DNA from: Psammoneis japonica
Lineage: Eukaryota
Assembly (NCBI GenBank): GCA_008632985.1
Contig: QPGO01000013.1
Location: forward strand, 1 to 64,000
DNA length: 64,000 nucleotides
Direction: 5' to 3'
A model generated the notes under the pieces. That model was given only the letters and a program-made list of their open reading frames with translations, did no database searches and had not been told where the DNA came from. Within the stretch, counting starts at the first letter, position 1; each line of letters opens with the position of its first letter. Shown in pieces: positions 52,386 through 63,684 of the stretch. Both the position numbers and the translations under genes were made by a program.

Positions 52386-55300
52386 ATTTGCAATTTGATT
52401 GACAAGGCCCCACATGTTCCAAGGTGAGGATGAGATCCCTTTCAAGCATTTGGGCCCATGTTCTGATGCTGCATGTCCATCAGCATGACAACTCAACATT
52501 GATTGCATGACACAGCTGCCTTGACTGCGCTCTCATCTCACATGGCTGGTTGCACCCTGCTGTGGATGAATCGGACTCTGATCTTCTTTGTGTCACCCTG
52601 TCACCTTTGGACTCCATTTCTTGTCTCTGTTCTGACGTGGGTTTGTTGGAAGGTGCTCCTGAGCATGCAGAACTGGCTGAACTTCAAGGTTTTGGGTGTC
52701 GCAAGAACCTCCTCAGTGAATTGTTGCATGCATGCATTGTTTGCCGCCTTGACATTGGGTGTGCCATTGGGGCACTCTCTGAGTTCACATCTCGTCTGGC
52801 CCTGGCACATTGCAATGCTTTGAAAGGTGTTGCAAAATGTCTTCATTGCACAAAGCATTGGGGCATCAACTGCAAGAAGCCTGTGAAGTTTCCTGCCCCA
52901 CCATTGTGTCCTTTTGAGCACTTTGAGCCAGACACCTCCTTGCTTCACTTCCCTGCCCCAGACTCACCCACCCAACTGCAAGCTTTCCCAGATGCTTCAC
53001 ACAAAAACAACCTGCAGAGTTGCCAATCCATGACAGGGCATGCCTGCATGTTGGCTGGTGATGCCATCTTACACCGCTGCAAGCACAGATGGTGACGGCT
53101 CTGCCAGCTCTGTCGAGGCCAAATTTCATGCTGCCAGCACTGCCGACAAACAGGTTCTTTGTCTCTGACCTGTTCTCTGGGGGGGACTTGATTTCCCCCA
53201 GCATGGCCCCACTCCTTTGCATGTTGACAACAAGTCTGCCATCAAGATCATCAACAACCACATTCTGACTGAGCACTCCCGACACATTGACACTCAATTG
53301 TTTGTCCTTCAAGATTGGAAGGAGGGTGGTCATGTTGTTTGTCAACCCCCAAGCAATGACCTCACCAAGACTCTTGGTTCAACACTGCATGCCCACCATG
53401 CCCGTCAGATGGTGGGACACTCTCATTGAGTCCTGCTGCTGCATGTCTCTGGGCATCTGCAGAGTTGTGCTTTTTGTGTTTTGTTTGCCCTGTCTGACTC
53501 TTTCATGACAGTCATCACATCTGCATGTGTCATCTTTGGTTGTGATTGTTGCCTTCCCTTTCTGTTCTGTCTGTGATCTGCATTGTCCTCATTGGACATG
53601 TTGGATCAGGGGAGGGTGTCAGCTGACCCTGTGCATGGTCAGACTGCTTGTGGATGATTGTCACACATTTTCAGACAGTCAAGATGGATGATCTCTCTGA
53701 GATCTTCTCTCACTCTTTCTCACTGGCACACATGTCATCCACTGTCACCAGTTTGCAGGGAGCTCTTCAGCTCATTGCTTTTGCCCTTTGGTGCTCTGAG
53801 ACAGTTGTGCTGTGTGTGACAATTGCAGACATGCACCCACGTTGACCCTGGGTGGAGTTTGTGGTTGAATTCAGGGCATTGTTTTCACCAGCTGTTTTTG
53901 CAATTTTCTGTGTGAGCTGCATGCAGCAACTGTGCAGGACATTGACAACAAGGGATCAACAAGGGGCTGCATCTAAAAAATGATGCAGACCACACACACC
54001 TTTGATCTGAGGCTGATTGCAAAACAAGAGCAGAGGGAGGAAATGGCAGGAAAGTTTGTCAAGGTTCCAAAGTCAAAACAAAAGTCAAAACAAGATGAGC
54101 TGGTGGAAGGGGGGGGTGACTGCTGCGGCTGCCCCACAGACTCATTCCAGAGCTTGTGCTTGGCTGCAACCTCAAGAAGCACAACATGTGCAGCACACTT
54201 TCTCAAAAAGAAAGAAAAATGACAATGTCCAGAATTGCTGCACCCTGCTCCTCCATTTGCAAGCACCCTCTGTCAAACACATCCAAGCAGGCCAAGGAAG
54301 GCAACCCCAAAAGAACCACAGCAGCAATTGACAAGAAAAAGCAAGAAAACACAGATGATGCAACACCACTTGTGAGTGGATGCCAGGGTTTTTGTGAGCA
54401 AGCTCAAGCAGCCTTTTTTGACCATGAGAGCACAGCAAGCAGCCCATGGGGGAAATCCAGTTGGCGTGTTTCCCAAGGGACTCATGCAGCAGTTGACTGA
54501 ATTTTGCATGGCGGAGAAGCTGGCTGCTGGTGTTTCAACAACTCTGCTGCTTTCTTTGAGGCAATGGGCAATGTTTTGCACTGATGAGGCAGACCATTGC
54601 TGGGATGTCAGTGAATTCTGGGAGCTCCAGCATGGCGCTTTGGAGCTGTTGTGGTCTGCAATCATGGAACAACAACTGTGGTCACACTGTCCAAATCCAT
54701 TTGCTGTCCATTGCTGTCTGGCAGCTGTGTCAAAATTGGGGCCAGGGGAGCTGCACTGCATCTTTACCAAGACCCACACTTCCAGCACACTGGGCTGTGT
54801 GGCAGAAGAGACAAAGGATCTGACAGAAGCACCTGGAGATGGAGTGAGAGCTGCAAAGTGCAGAGTGCTTTACTTGCTTGAGACTGCCCTTGAGCACAGG
54901 TTTGGCCAATGCAAAATCCAGCTTGAAAGCTCAGATACAGAGTCTTCCAAGTGCACACCAACAAAACCCACTGACACATCATGGCACCTTGCCAGATGCT
55001 CTTGCCTCTTGTTGCAAACAGCGCCACAAGCTCCACCTGCAACTGATGCCATTGTGCCGGCTGCTGGTGGGACTCAGCATCATGCATGACCATGAACCAA
55101 TTTGTTGTGTGCCTCCCACAGGTCCTGGCAATGCTTCCAAATGAAGGAGCCAATCTGAAATGACCAGCTCAGAAATGAGCAAGTCAAGGTGCTTTGCAGT
55201 GTGGTGGTCCAAGAACCTGGTTGTGATTTGGTGTGAACTGAGGAGCTTTTTTCTTTTTTAACAAGCACTTGCAGCTCCCTTGTTGCACAGCAGATCACAT

Positions 55301-57233
55301 TTAGAGCACAGAAAAATGACAGAAAGACTGTGCACACTCTCTGCAAAACAGCCACAGCCACAGGCGCAGCTTGCTGCACTGTGTGGGGCGCTGTGGCAAG
55401 TGCTGGGGCTTTTGTGTTCTTGGAAATGTCTTGTGCGCCAACATTTGTTGCAGAGGGAGTGAGATCTGACTGCTGTTGTCCTTGATGGAGACACAATTGT
55501 TGGCAAAGTTAGAAGCTCACCAGTGCCAATGTGATCCAGCTCTTGGCAGGATCTCACACTGCTGCACTGCGACACTTGTGTGAGTTTTTTGGATCGAGGC
55601 CGCAGCGTGCACGCGCACTTCTGCATGTGATCTTCTGTGAAATTGTCCCACACTCCCTGTTTTGCAACGCCAAAGGCTTTCCATTTTCTCTGTTTGTGAG
55701 AACAGAAATGGGGTGAGTGTTCTTCAATGTTTGAAGAATGCACATTTGGGCAAATCACAAATGATGTGCTTCAAGTGTGGAGAGGAGGAGAGACGTGCTT
55801 GCAAAATTGCCTCTTTTTCCATTGGCAATCATTTTGTGTGTTTTTCATTGCTGAACAATTTTGTTGCAGAGCTTGTGCACAGAATTCTGCAAGCTCAATG
55901 TCACACAGCCCCGCCTGGAAGGCAGGGTTGGAATGTGCATCCGCTCCTGATGCAAGCAGCAGTGCTTGTGCACACAACCATCGACGGCTTTGGTGTGTGT
56001 GGCTGTCCACTGGCAGCAAAAGGACCTGCAGAATCAGCAGCAAATGCTGTTGCAGGTGCAAGCATGCCATCAATGACAGCCCAGACAGCCACCACTCATG
56101 TGCCCCGAGCAGCAAGGCTCGCAAGTGTGCTGGAGCCTGCAGCAGCTGGGTCTTGAAGCAAGCTGCAGAGCACAAGCTGTTGTGCTGACCTTGTCAGGCA
56201 GCACACATCTTGTTGGCTCTGAGAGAAGATTGATGGCATGACTGAGAATGCTTCATTGCAGAGGAAGCGTGCGAGTTAGCAGTTTGATCAGAACCAGACA
56301 AGACAACTCGTTCTGAACAAACATGGGCAATTTTTTCACATTCGTGGCCGGTTTAAAGGAAAAGGGAAAAAAGGAGGGGATTCCGACAGTTGAACACACA
56401 CACAATTTGACCATGCAACCAGGGCCAGAGTTGCACTGGCTTCTTTTGGTCCAGGGTGGTTGCTGCAGGTGCAAAGAGTGGGGCACATTGCAGCTGCAGG
56501 AGGGCAACAATGTGACTCTGAGTGTGTGCTGCCAAGCTGAGAAGCCCAGCTTGGTTGTGAGCCAAGCCCTGCCAGGCCTGCTGCCCTGGCTCCACAGCTG
56601 CTCCTCCCAGTGTGTGCATCAATTGTTGAAGGAGCACCACATTGACTCAAAGGCTGTGTTTTGGGTGGAACAGAGAGGGAAAGAATTGTTGTCCTCTTGA
56701 CTGGTGCTTGCTTCAGACCCCGCATCATGAGCACAAGCTCCTCTTGAGAAATGAGCGAGAGACACTTCACACAGTCATTTTTGGTGCCTCTCTTTGGCTG
56801 CCCACTTGGCATTGCCAACAAACTCTTGAACCCAACCTCACTTACAATTTCTTCACCCTTCAACCACAAAAGCAGGCTCAACTTTTTGTTGGCTTTTTTG
56901 TGGCCAGGGATCACTGTTGCAGGCACAAATGGTGGGCACATGCCATGTGGCTCTGCTTGGCAACAATGTGATGCCAAGCAAGCATGTGCCACCCACCAAG
57001 GAGTCAAGCAGCCCAGCTCAGCTTTGAATGGAGCTCCAGGACAGCAGCCAGCTCTTGGTGCTCCCAGCATGGCTTGCTTGCTCAAGCTGTGCTGCATTCA
57101 CCCCACAATGCTCTGTGTTGTGGTGGCTTGTTGCAAGCCATGAGGAGTCTGCAGTTGGCCAGGGGCCCATTTTGCAAAGGCCACACATGTTGTGTGAGGG
57201 GCCAGGTGCAGAGATCTGCAACAATGGCTTTGT

Positions 57234-57530
57234 GGCTGTTGGCGCCAAGTTGGCATTTGATTGGGAGCCAGTGCTGAGGGGCTGTGAAGTGGCTGTGCTG
57301 GGGTCAGGAGCCCAGCCAGCTCACACTCTCTCTTGTTGTCACAAATTGCTGTCACAGCTGTCTTTGCATTGCAACCAGCCAGGTGCAGTTGGTCCCAAGC
57401 TGGCACTTGATTTGGAGTGGCTGCCAAGGAACTGTGAAGTGTGGGGTTGGGCAGTCCAGCCAGCTCACACTCTTTGCTGACAGCAGAAAGTGCTGTCGCA
57501 CCTGTCTTTGCATTGTGGTGCCAGCCAGGC
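57234..57530. repeat. Degenerate tandem repeat, about 150-bp unit x2
   Basis: GTTGG..CCAAG.TGGCA.TTGATT.GGAG...CTGTGAAGTG...CCAGCCAGCTCACACTCT...CTGTCTTTGCATTG...CCAGCCAGG occurs twice. Confidence 0.7.
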
Positions 57531-58762
57531 ACACATGGCCAGAGCAGCCTTGGCACATCCTGCTGACAAAACTGGCAAAACAGCAACTCTTGTGGTTGGG
57601 CCAGCATGCAGGCAGTCTGGGCACACCCCTGGGAAGTCAAACAGGAAGGAGGGCTCAGCATTGCCGCCAGTGCCAGAAACATGCTCAGCAGCTTGTGTCT
57701 TGAGAGAGATTCGAGCCCACACAGCCCCGAGCTGGGTGTCTTGGCTGGCAGGTTGGAAAGCATTCTTGAGCACAGTCTGGTGTGTGGGTGGCACTGTCGC
57801 CAAGAGAGCTGCTCTGCAGAGGAAGAGGGAAACAGGCAACAGCATTTTGCAAGAACTGTTTTTTTTTCAATGGTTGGGTGGGATGGGGCAGCATCTGGAC
57901 TTTGACGGAGCATTTGGCGGACAAAGCTTGAGCACAGAGAGCTGTCCACTCAAGCTCCACAAGTGGCACATTCCAAAGGTGACACCACACATGGGCCATT
58001 TGTTCATGCATCAACATGCATCAAGCTGCAAGTCTCACAAAAAACCACCACCAACCTTTCAACCAACCACCATGGAGGAGAGAACAGGGCAAGAGGTTCG
58101 AAACAAGAGTGATTCATTGACTCTCTTCTTGTTTCATGCATTCAAGAGCTTCTTGTCCTTCTTGAACATTTGTTGTGCATTGTTGTCTCTTTTAATTCAA
58201 GTGCAAAGAGGAATCACTTTTCTTGTTTCTTTCTCTTGAGGGGTTGTTGGTTGTTGAGTGATGCAATTTTTGTTGTCACATTTTTGGAAATGTTGGCAAA
58301 CCCGATCACTGGCTTGATTGTCAACCCATTCACCATTTTGAGTCTCCATGGCATAAAATGCCACAAGCCCAGAGCCCTCAATTGTTTCATCAAACGCAGT
58401 GCTTTGCACACGTCCAACATCAACTCGACTCAGTTGAAATCCCAATTTGTGGGCGATGAAAAATCACGAATGTCAAACAAATGGCTGCTTTCGACACCAA
58501 CATCCCCGAGTTCAATCCAAATGTGACGGCATGCCTTGCAGCTTGTGACCATGACACATGCAAGCATGCTTCATTGTTGTCATCGCGCACTCGCATTGAA
58601 AATGCCGATAGATCAAAGTTTACGAAAAGGATGGAATACAAATTCATTTGTGCATTCATTGGTGGCATTGGAATAATGACATTAAGGGCAGAAGGGAAAT
58701 CCTTGTTCATCATTGACATTTCTGTGTTGCTCAGAATTTGAAATCTGACCACTGCCGTTAAG

Positions 58763-58905
58763 CATTTAGCTTTCTTTGTGTCGAAGTGTAAATGACACTT
58801 AACGATTTGCACTAATCATATAGCTGTCTCTGTGTCGAAGTGGAAATGACACTTAACGTTTTACACTATTCATTTAGCTTACTTTGACTCGAAGTCAAAT
58901 GTCGA
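58763..58905. repeat. Tandem repeat, about 54-bp unit x2.5, at the right edge of the TE cluster
   Basis: TAGCT.TCT.TGTGTCGAAGTG.AAATGACACTTAACG.TTT.CACTA.TCA repeated. Confidence 0.75.
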
Positions 58906-59390
58906 GTTTGGGTTATGGGCTTATCGTTATTCAGCCACGATCATGAAGTCTTTGCTGTTATGGGGACTTTCAAACAAAAGAAATGTTTGCCCAATAAATG
59001 TTCGAGATGTCTTGAACAATTTGGGGGCAATAGGAAGAACAATTAGGGGCCATTGAAATTGATTAACCATACAGTACTTATACTGTACAGTGCGCGCATG
59101 TCATTCGTTCAAGAGACATAAATAAATACTTCTACTTAGTTAGTAGCTGTATCTCTCTATGTAGATAGAGTCACATAGACTATCGTCGTGTGACCGTACC
59201 ACCCGCACGCTCGGTCCCGATCCCGCGTGCGTTCCATGAGGTTGTACATACCGCACACACTAACAATGACCCTCACAATGACCAGGAATGACCTGCCGTC
59301 ACTTTTATTTCAGCGGAGCGAGTCGTCTCCAAGCTTTTTTGCTAACGATCAAAGGTTTAGTCTATCATATTGACCAGCGCAACTGTAGCA

Positions 59391-60767
59391 ATGATAAAAG
59401 GCAACTTGTCAGCAACAAGAACTAAACAGAACAGAATGGTCCTTGCTTCAGCAATTTTCCTGCCACTCTCATTATGGATCTTGTTGTCCTCCAGAATGAG
59501 TCCAGTGAACTCCTTGGAGGATGAATTAGGCTCGATTGACGACATCGAGACAAACCGCGTTAGCAATGGAGTGTCAGCAAGCCTTCGAGCAAACGACGCA
59601 ACAGAGGAAGCTGCGAGTGAAAGCAGTGACAGCGGCAATCGCGGCGAGAAGCCCCTATTCGTGCTTCATGTTGGCCCAAGTAAAACAGGTACAACGACGG
59701 TTCAGTATTTTGCTAAGAGCAACCTAGAGCTACTGGAAAATGCGAATCTTTACTACCTGGGACACGACGGGCATACTCCTTCAAGGGATACGCATCGACT
59801 TCACACCTACTGTCTCTCGGATAATAATTACAAGCCCGACGAATGCAAACAGAGGTGGGAAGAGATTCAAAAAAACATTGATGAACACCATTCGAAGAAT
59901 CACATGGTATTACTTTCAGAAGAGCGCTTTTCATATCCTCGCGACGAAGAAGCCGAGGAGAAGTACCTATGGAAGTATCTAGTGCCGCTGAAGGAAAAGT
60001 GGGATGTGCGAGTGGTGTACACGTACCGACGCTACTATGAGTGGCTTCCAAGCAAGTACTACCAAGTTTTCAATCCAAAGGGTGGTTCTAGATATGCTTC
60101 CAACTTGGCGAAACGACTAGAATGGCCTGACATGAAAGGGAAAGTTATTCCATCGTTTCCCGAATACTTTGAAGCGTACTCCAACAAGTGGCAAGCAAAG
60201 CACCCGGCGTCCATGAAAAAGAAGTTTCAGGAACGCTTTGACAATATGGTTTATTTCAATATGCATCAAGAAGGTGATTTCTTACCCCGATTCTTTTGCG
60301 AAATGATACCCGAGGCTGCAAGTCTCTGCAAACACCTCAAGACCGAGTACGAAAGCATTGTCAAGAATCCGTCAACGTCCAAGCATGTTCACTACGACAT
60401 GATTGCCGTAGAGGCATACAAGAGGGGTTGGGTGAATAAAGAATTGCCCAGACAGGACGTTGCTCAAGCTGTAGAGGACTATGCGAATGAATTGGGCTTC
60501 ACAAAAATGACTGACTTTCCGTTAGATTGCTTGACTCCTGAACAACTCGAGTCTTTGCTAGATCAGTCACTTGCTCTGGAGGAGGAGAGCGTTCCCGAAT
60601 TTTTCAAATTACAAGGAGAAAAGGCTCTACGAGATGGTTTTGTCGAATCAGTTGAAAAGAAAAAGTTCTGTACCGTGGACGTGCAAGCCGTGCTGGAACA
60701 ACCAAAGTGGGAAAAGTTCTTCAAGAACATGACCAAAGACAACATTTCCGTAAAGCCCGACGAATAA
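59391..60767 (+). CDS. Type II membrane protein with sulfotransferase-like P-loop domain
   Basis: N-terminal TM segment (MVLASAIFLPLSLWILL); FVLHVGPSKTGTTTVQ (PAPS-binding loop-like); LLSEERF; VVYTYRRYYEWLPSKY. Intact single ORF. Confidence 0.7.
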   Translation: MIKGNLSATRTKQNRMVLASAIFLPLSLWILLSSRMSPVNSLEDELGSIDDIETNRVSNGVSASLRANDATEEAASESSDSGNRGEKPLFVLHVGPSKTGTTTVQYFAKSNLELLENANLYYLGHDGHTPSRDTHRLHTYCLSDNNYKPDECKQRWEEIQKNIDEHHSKNHMVLLSEERFSYPRDEEAEEKYLWKYLVPLKEKWDVRVVYTYRRYYEWLPSKYYQVFNPKGGSRYASNLAKRLEWPDMKGKVIPSFPEYFEAYSNKWQAKHPASMKKKFQERFDNMVYFNMHQEGDFLPRFFCEMIPEAASLCKHLKTEYESIVKNPSTSKHVHYDMIAVEAYKRGWVNKELPRQDVAQAVEDYANELGFTKMTDFPLDCLTPEQLESLLDQSLALEEESVPEFFKLQGEKALRDGFVESVEKKKFCTVDVQAVLEQPKWEKFFKNMTKDNISVKPDE

Positions 60768-60949
60768 AAGCTCAACGTTTTGTTATTACATTAACACCCT
60801 AAATTGTGTGTATGCTTTAACCAATCTTTACTGAGAACGACGAGTTTCCCCATTCACAAACATAATGTGCATGTCTCAAGAGGGCAAAAATGCTCAGTTT
60901 CTCTCTAGCGAGTAGATGGTGGCATTTTGTTACGTGCTGGTGCTCATGA

Positions 60950-62100
60950 CAGAACAAGTGCAGGTGACCCCATGATCGTGCTGAGACATTGACAAACAAG
61001 CACACCGCCTGGAAACAAAGAGAAGCGAGACAAACCTGATCCAACAAGCAGGGAAGCATTGGCAGCCTTGGTTGTGTGTGCCTGATGGTGCCAAGCAAAC
61101 CAAACAAATCCCATGCTGACAGGAGGGCTCAGTTGCTCATTGACTGAAAACACTGATGTTGCAGCAGCGACACAACAAGGGTGCTCTGAGAGGTGCCTCT
61201 GTTGCAGCTGAAAAACAGCTGGTGAGCAAACTGCAACACATCCCATCAAACAGCAGGTGTGACTCATGCACAAATGCACCAGACTGTCAATCACAAGTCT
61301 CTGGGCCTGCTCTCTTGTTGCTCTCTTTGACAACTCCATCATGGCTCTCAACACACCACGGCCTTGACAAAAAAAGGGAAGTCCATGTGTTGTTTTGCCC
61401 AATCTTGGCAAAAAGAACAAGCTTTGGGGCTCACTTGGCAGTGCTTTTGCAGGCAGCTGAGCTACAGCATGCAACAAAGCAGCTCTTTCTTTGTGCACAC
61501 TGACAGCAGCAAGAAGAGCCGGAGCTGTCTCTGCGCGCAGCATCGCAGTGCGCAGTTGAGCGAGACAGCTGATGCAGAGACAGCAGGTCCGCCATCCATT
61601 TCACAGGTTTGCTTTTGCACACACAACAGAGCGTTTCTTGTGGTCACCCCCCCCCCATCAAAGCCCACGCTGCTTGTGGCTGTGCTCCACCAACGGGGGC
61701 TGCCAGTGGGCTTTGCTCGCGCCAGCCCCGCTTCTTCTTGTTCTTCTTTGATGGCGGCGTTTTGCAGCAAGATGACACACAACACTCCAGAGGCTTGCTT
61801 AGACACGAGAAGCCACATTTGGTGAGAAAGACTTGCCTCACCTTTTCCTACGGTGGCGCAGAGCGCCACAAGGATCACACGCAGGTGTGCAACCAGGTCT
61901 GCAAAAAAGCAAGGGGGGTGGACGGAAAGAAAGGAAAAGCTGACGTCAGGTCTTGTTCGCGCGCCATCGCGCTGATCCCAAGGAACTCCAACCACACGAC
62001 GGACCAAGGACCACACAACACATGCATCCACATGTCCACATGCATCCCTTCTCGCTTCTTGGGAAGCTTGTTAGCGTCTGGAAATCACATTTCTCTCTCT
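60950..62100. repeat. Isolated TpA-depleted island, probable degenerate TE fragment between two genes
   Basis: Only a handful of TA dinucleotides in about 1.1 kb, with overlapping Cys/His-rich spurious ORFs. Normal TA frequency on both sides. Confidence 0.55.
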
Positions 62101-62268
62101 GAGAGTTGTATGAAACTCGCAAGCACTGGTCTCTTTCTGCTAGCATTTCTCTCTCGACATTAGTTTAGTTGCTACGGCTTTACGTGTGTTCCCTCTTCAC
62201 TCGATTTTTCCCACAAAAGCTCTGCTCCTCCAAAGTTTGCGAGCAGTCTCACTCCTATCTCAACTACC

Positions 62269-63684
62269 ATGTCGTCGTCGTCTGCCAACGGCGAATCCAA
62301 TAATGACACCATGATGCTTAATCGTGTCACTCCTGCCAACATTTCTTTGGAAATCAAGGACCCCGTCGACCCCAAGGCCTTGGAACAAGCGAAGCAGATT
62401 ATGAATGAGCTGAGCGACAAGAAACAACCGATTCAACCACAAGCACTACTGGCGGTAGCTCAGAGGTTGGGTGATGTTGCCAGTGACTCATCTTCACTTG
62501 TGGTTTCCAAAGAAGAGTGCAAGGCTGCCTTTGATGGCTTGACGTCCGAGGAAAAAACTGCCTTGACGAACATTCATGCTCGTGTCAAGGCCTTTGCCGA
62601 AGCACAGAGGAAATCCGTACAAGATATGGAGAAGGATATTCCCGGTGGCAAGGCGGGACACACCGTCAGTCCCTGCAAGGGTAAGAAGATGACTGAAAAA
62701 GCTGTTGGCGATATGCATGATTAGATGCATCATCTCATTCTGAATTTTTTGCTCTCTACAAATACTATAGCTGCCGGTTGCTATGCTCCCGGAGGACGCT
62801 ATCCACTTCCTAGCTCCGTCGTCATGACTGCCGTGACGGCTCGAGCTGCGGGTTGTGAACGTGTCGTCTTGGCTTCGCCCCGACCGGCTCTCATTACCAA
62901 GGCTGCCGCCTACATTTGTGGATGTGACGTTTTCTTGTGTGTCGGTGGCGCACAAGCCATTGCCGCCATGGCGTACGGAGTGGCTGGTATTGTCGACGAG
63001 GGATGTGACGTGATTGTTGGACCGGGCAACCAGTGGGTGACGGCTGCCAAATCGATTGTCAGTGGACATTGTGGCATTGACATGTTGGCGGGTCCGTCAG
63101 AAGTGCTAGTCATTTGCGATGATACCGCCAAGTCCGCAGTCGTTGCCTCGGATTTGATTGCGCAAGCCGAACACGATGTTGTCGCGCGTGCCATTCTCTT
63201 GTCCACGTCTGAACAGGTCATTGAAGAGGTGGACAATCACGTTCGATCTCAAATTGCGTCCTTACCGGAACCCAATCGATCCACGGCTTCGGCAGCGCTC
63301 CGTCAGAGCTTTGCCGTCAAGTGCGAATCAGTGGATGAGTGTATTGCGATTTCGGACAAAATTGCACCAGAGCACTTGGAAATCCAAACCCGAGACGCAG
63401 ATGCTGTAGCAAGGCGGTGTGGCAATTATGGTGGTCTGTTTATTGGTGAACACGCTGCAGAGGTGTTGGGTGACTATGGCGCTGGACCCAATCACACGCT
63501 TCCCACGGGCGGTACTGGCCGCTACACGGGTGGATTAAGTGTCTTTGACTTTTTGCGCATCCGAACATGGATGCGTATTGACAATGCCGCCGAGTCTCAA
63601 GACATGGTGAATGATAGCATCGTCATGGCTCGGCTTGAAGGGTTGGAGGGACACGCCCGTGCAGCCGAAGCAAGGAAGAACTAG
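62269..63684 (+). CDS. hisD: Histidinol dehydrogenase
   Basis: Intron 62681-62770 (GTAAG...TAG) joins in frame. Motifs GCYAPGGRYPLPSS, GGAQAIAAMAYG, GIDMLAGPSE, AQAEHD, IAPEHLE and GDYGAGPNHTLPT. Confidence 0.95.

Larger units (their letters stand above)
43990..53821 (+). mobile_element. Older Ty1/Copia element split by insertion of copy B (left part about 43990-45496, right part 52386-53821)
   Basis: Left: KGIFLGCLP, GEFKQLD, ALQGHSES, DDFAIACPEESIAVKI. Right continues CNLID...ELLHACIVCRLDIGCAI, DNKSAIKII...HSRHID. PPT GATCAGGGGAGGG then TGTCA at 53617; probable LTR to 53821. Confidence 0.78.

Noticed and set aside
14480..58700. Classical RIP or CpG deamination as the cause of TG/CA richness
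   Set aside because: RIP creates TpA, whereas here it is lost. CpG decay contributes in old copies but cannot turn Tyr codons into His/Cys, and Copia A keeps its CpGs.
58763..58905. CRISPR-like array
   Set aside because: The units are contiguous degenerate tandem repeats without unique spacers, the context is eukaryotic and there are no cas genes.
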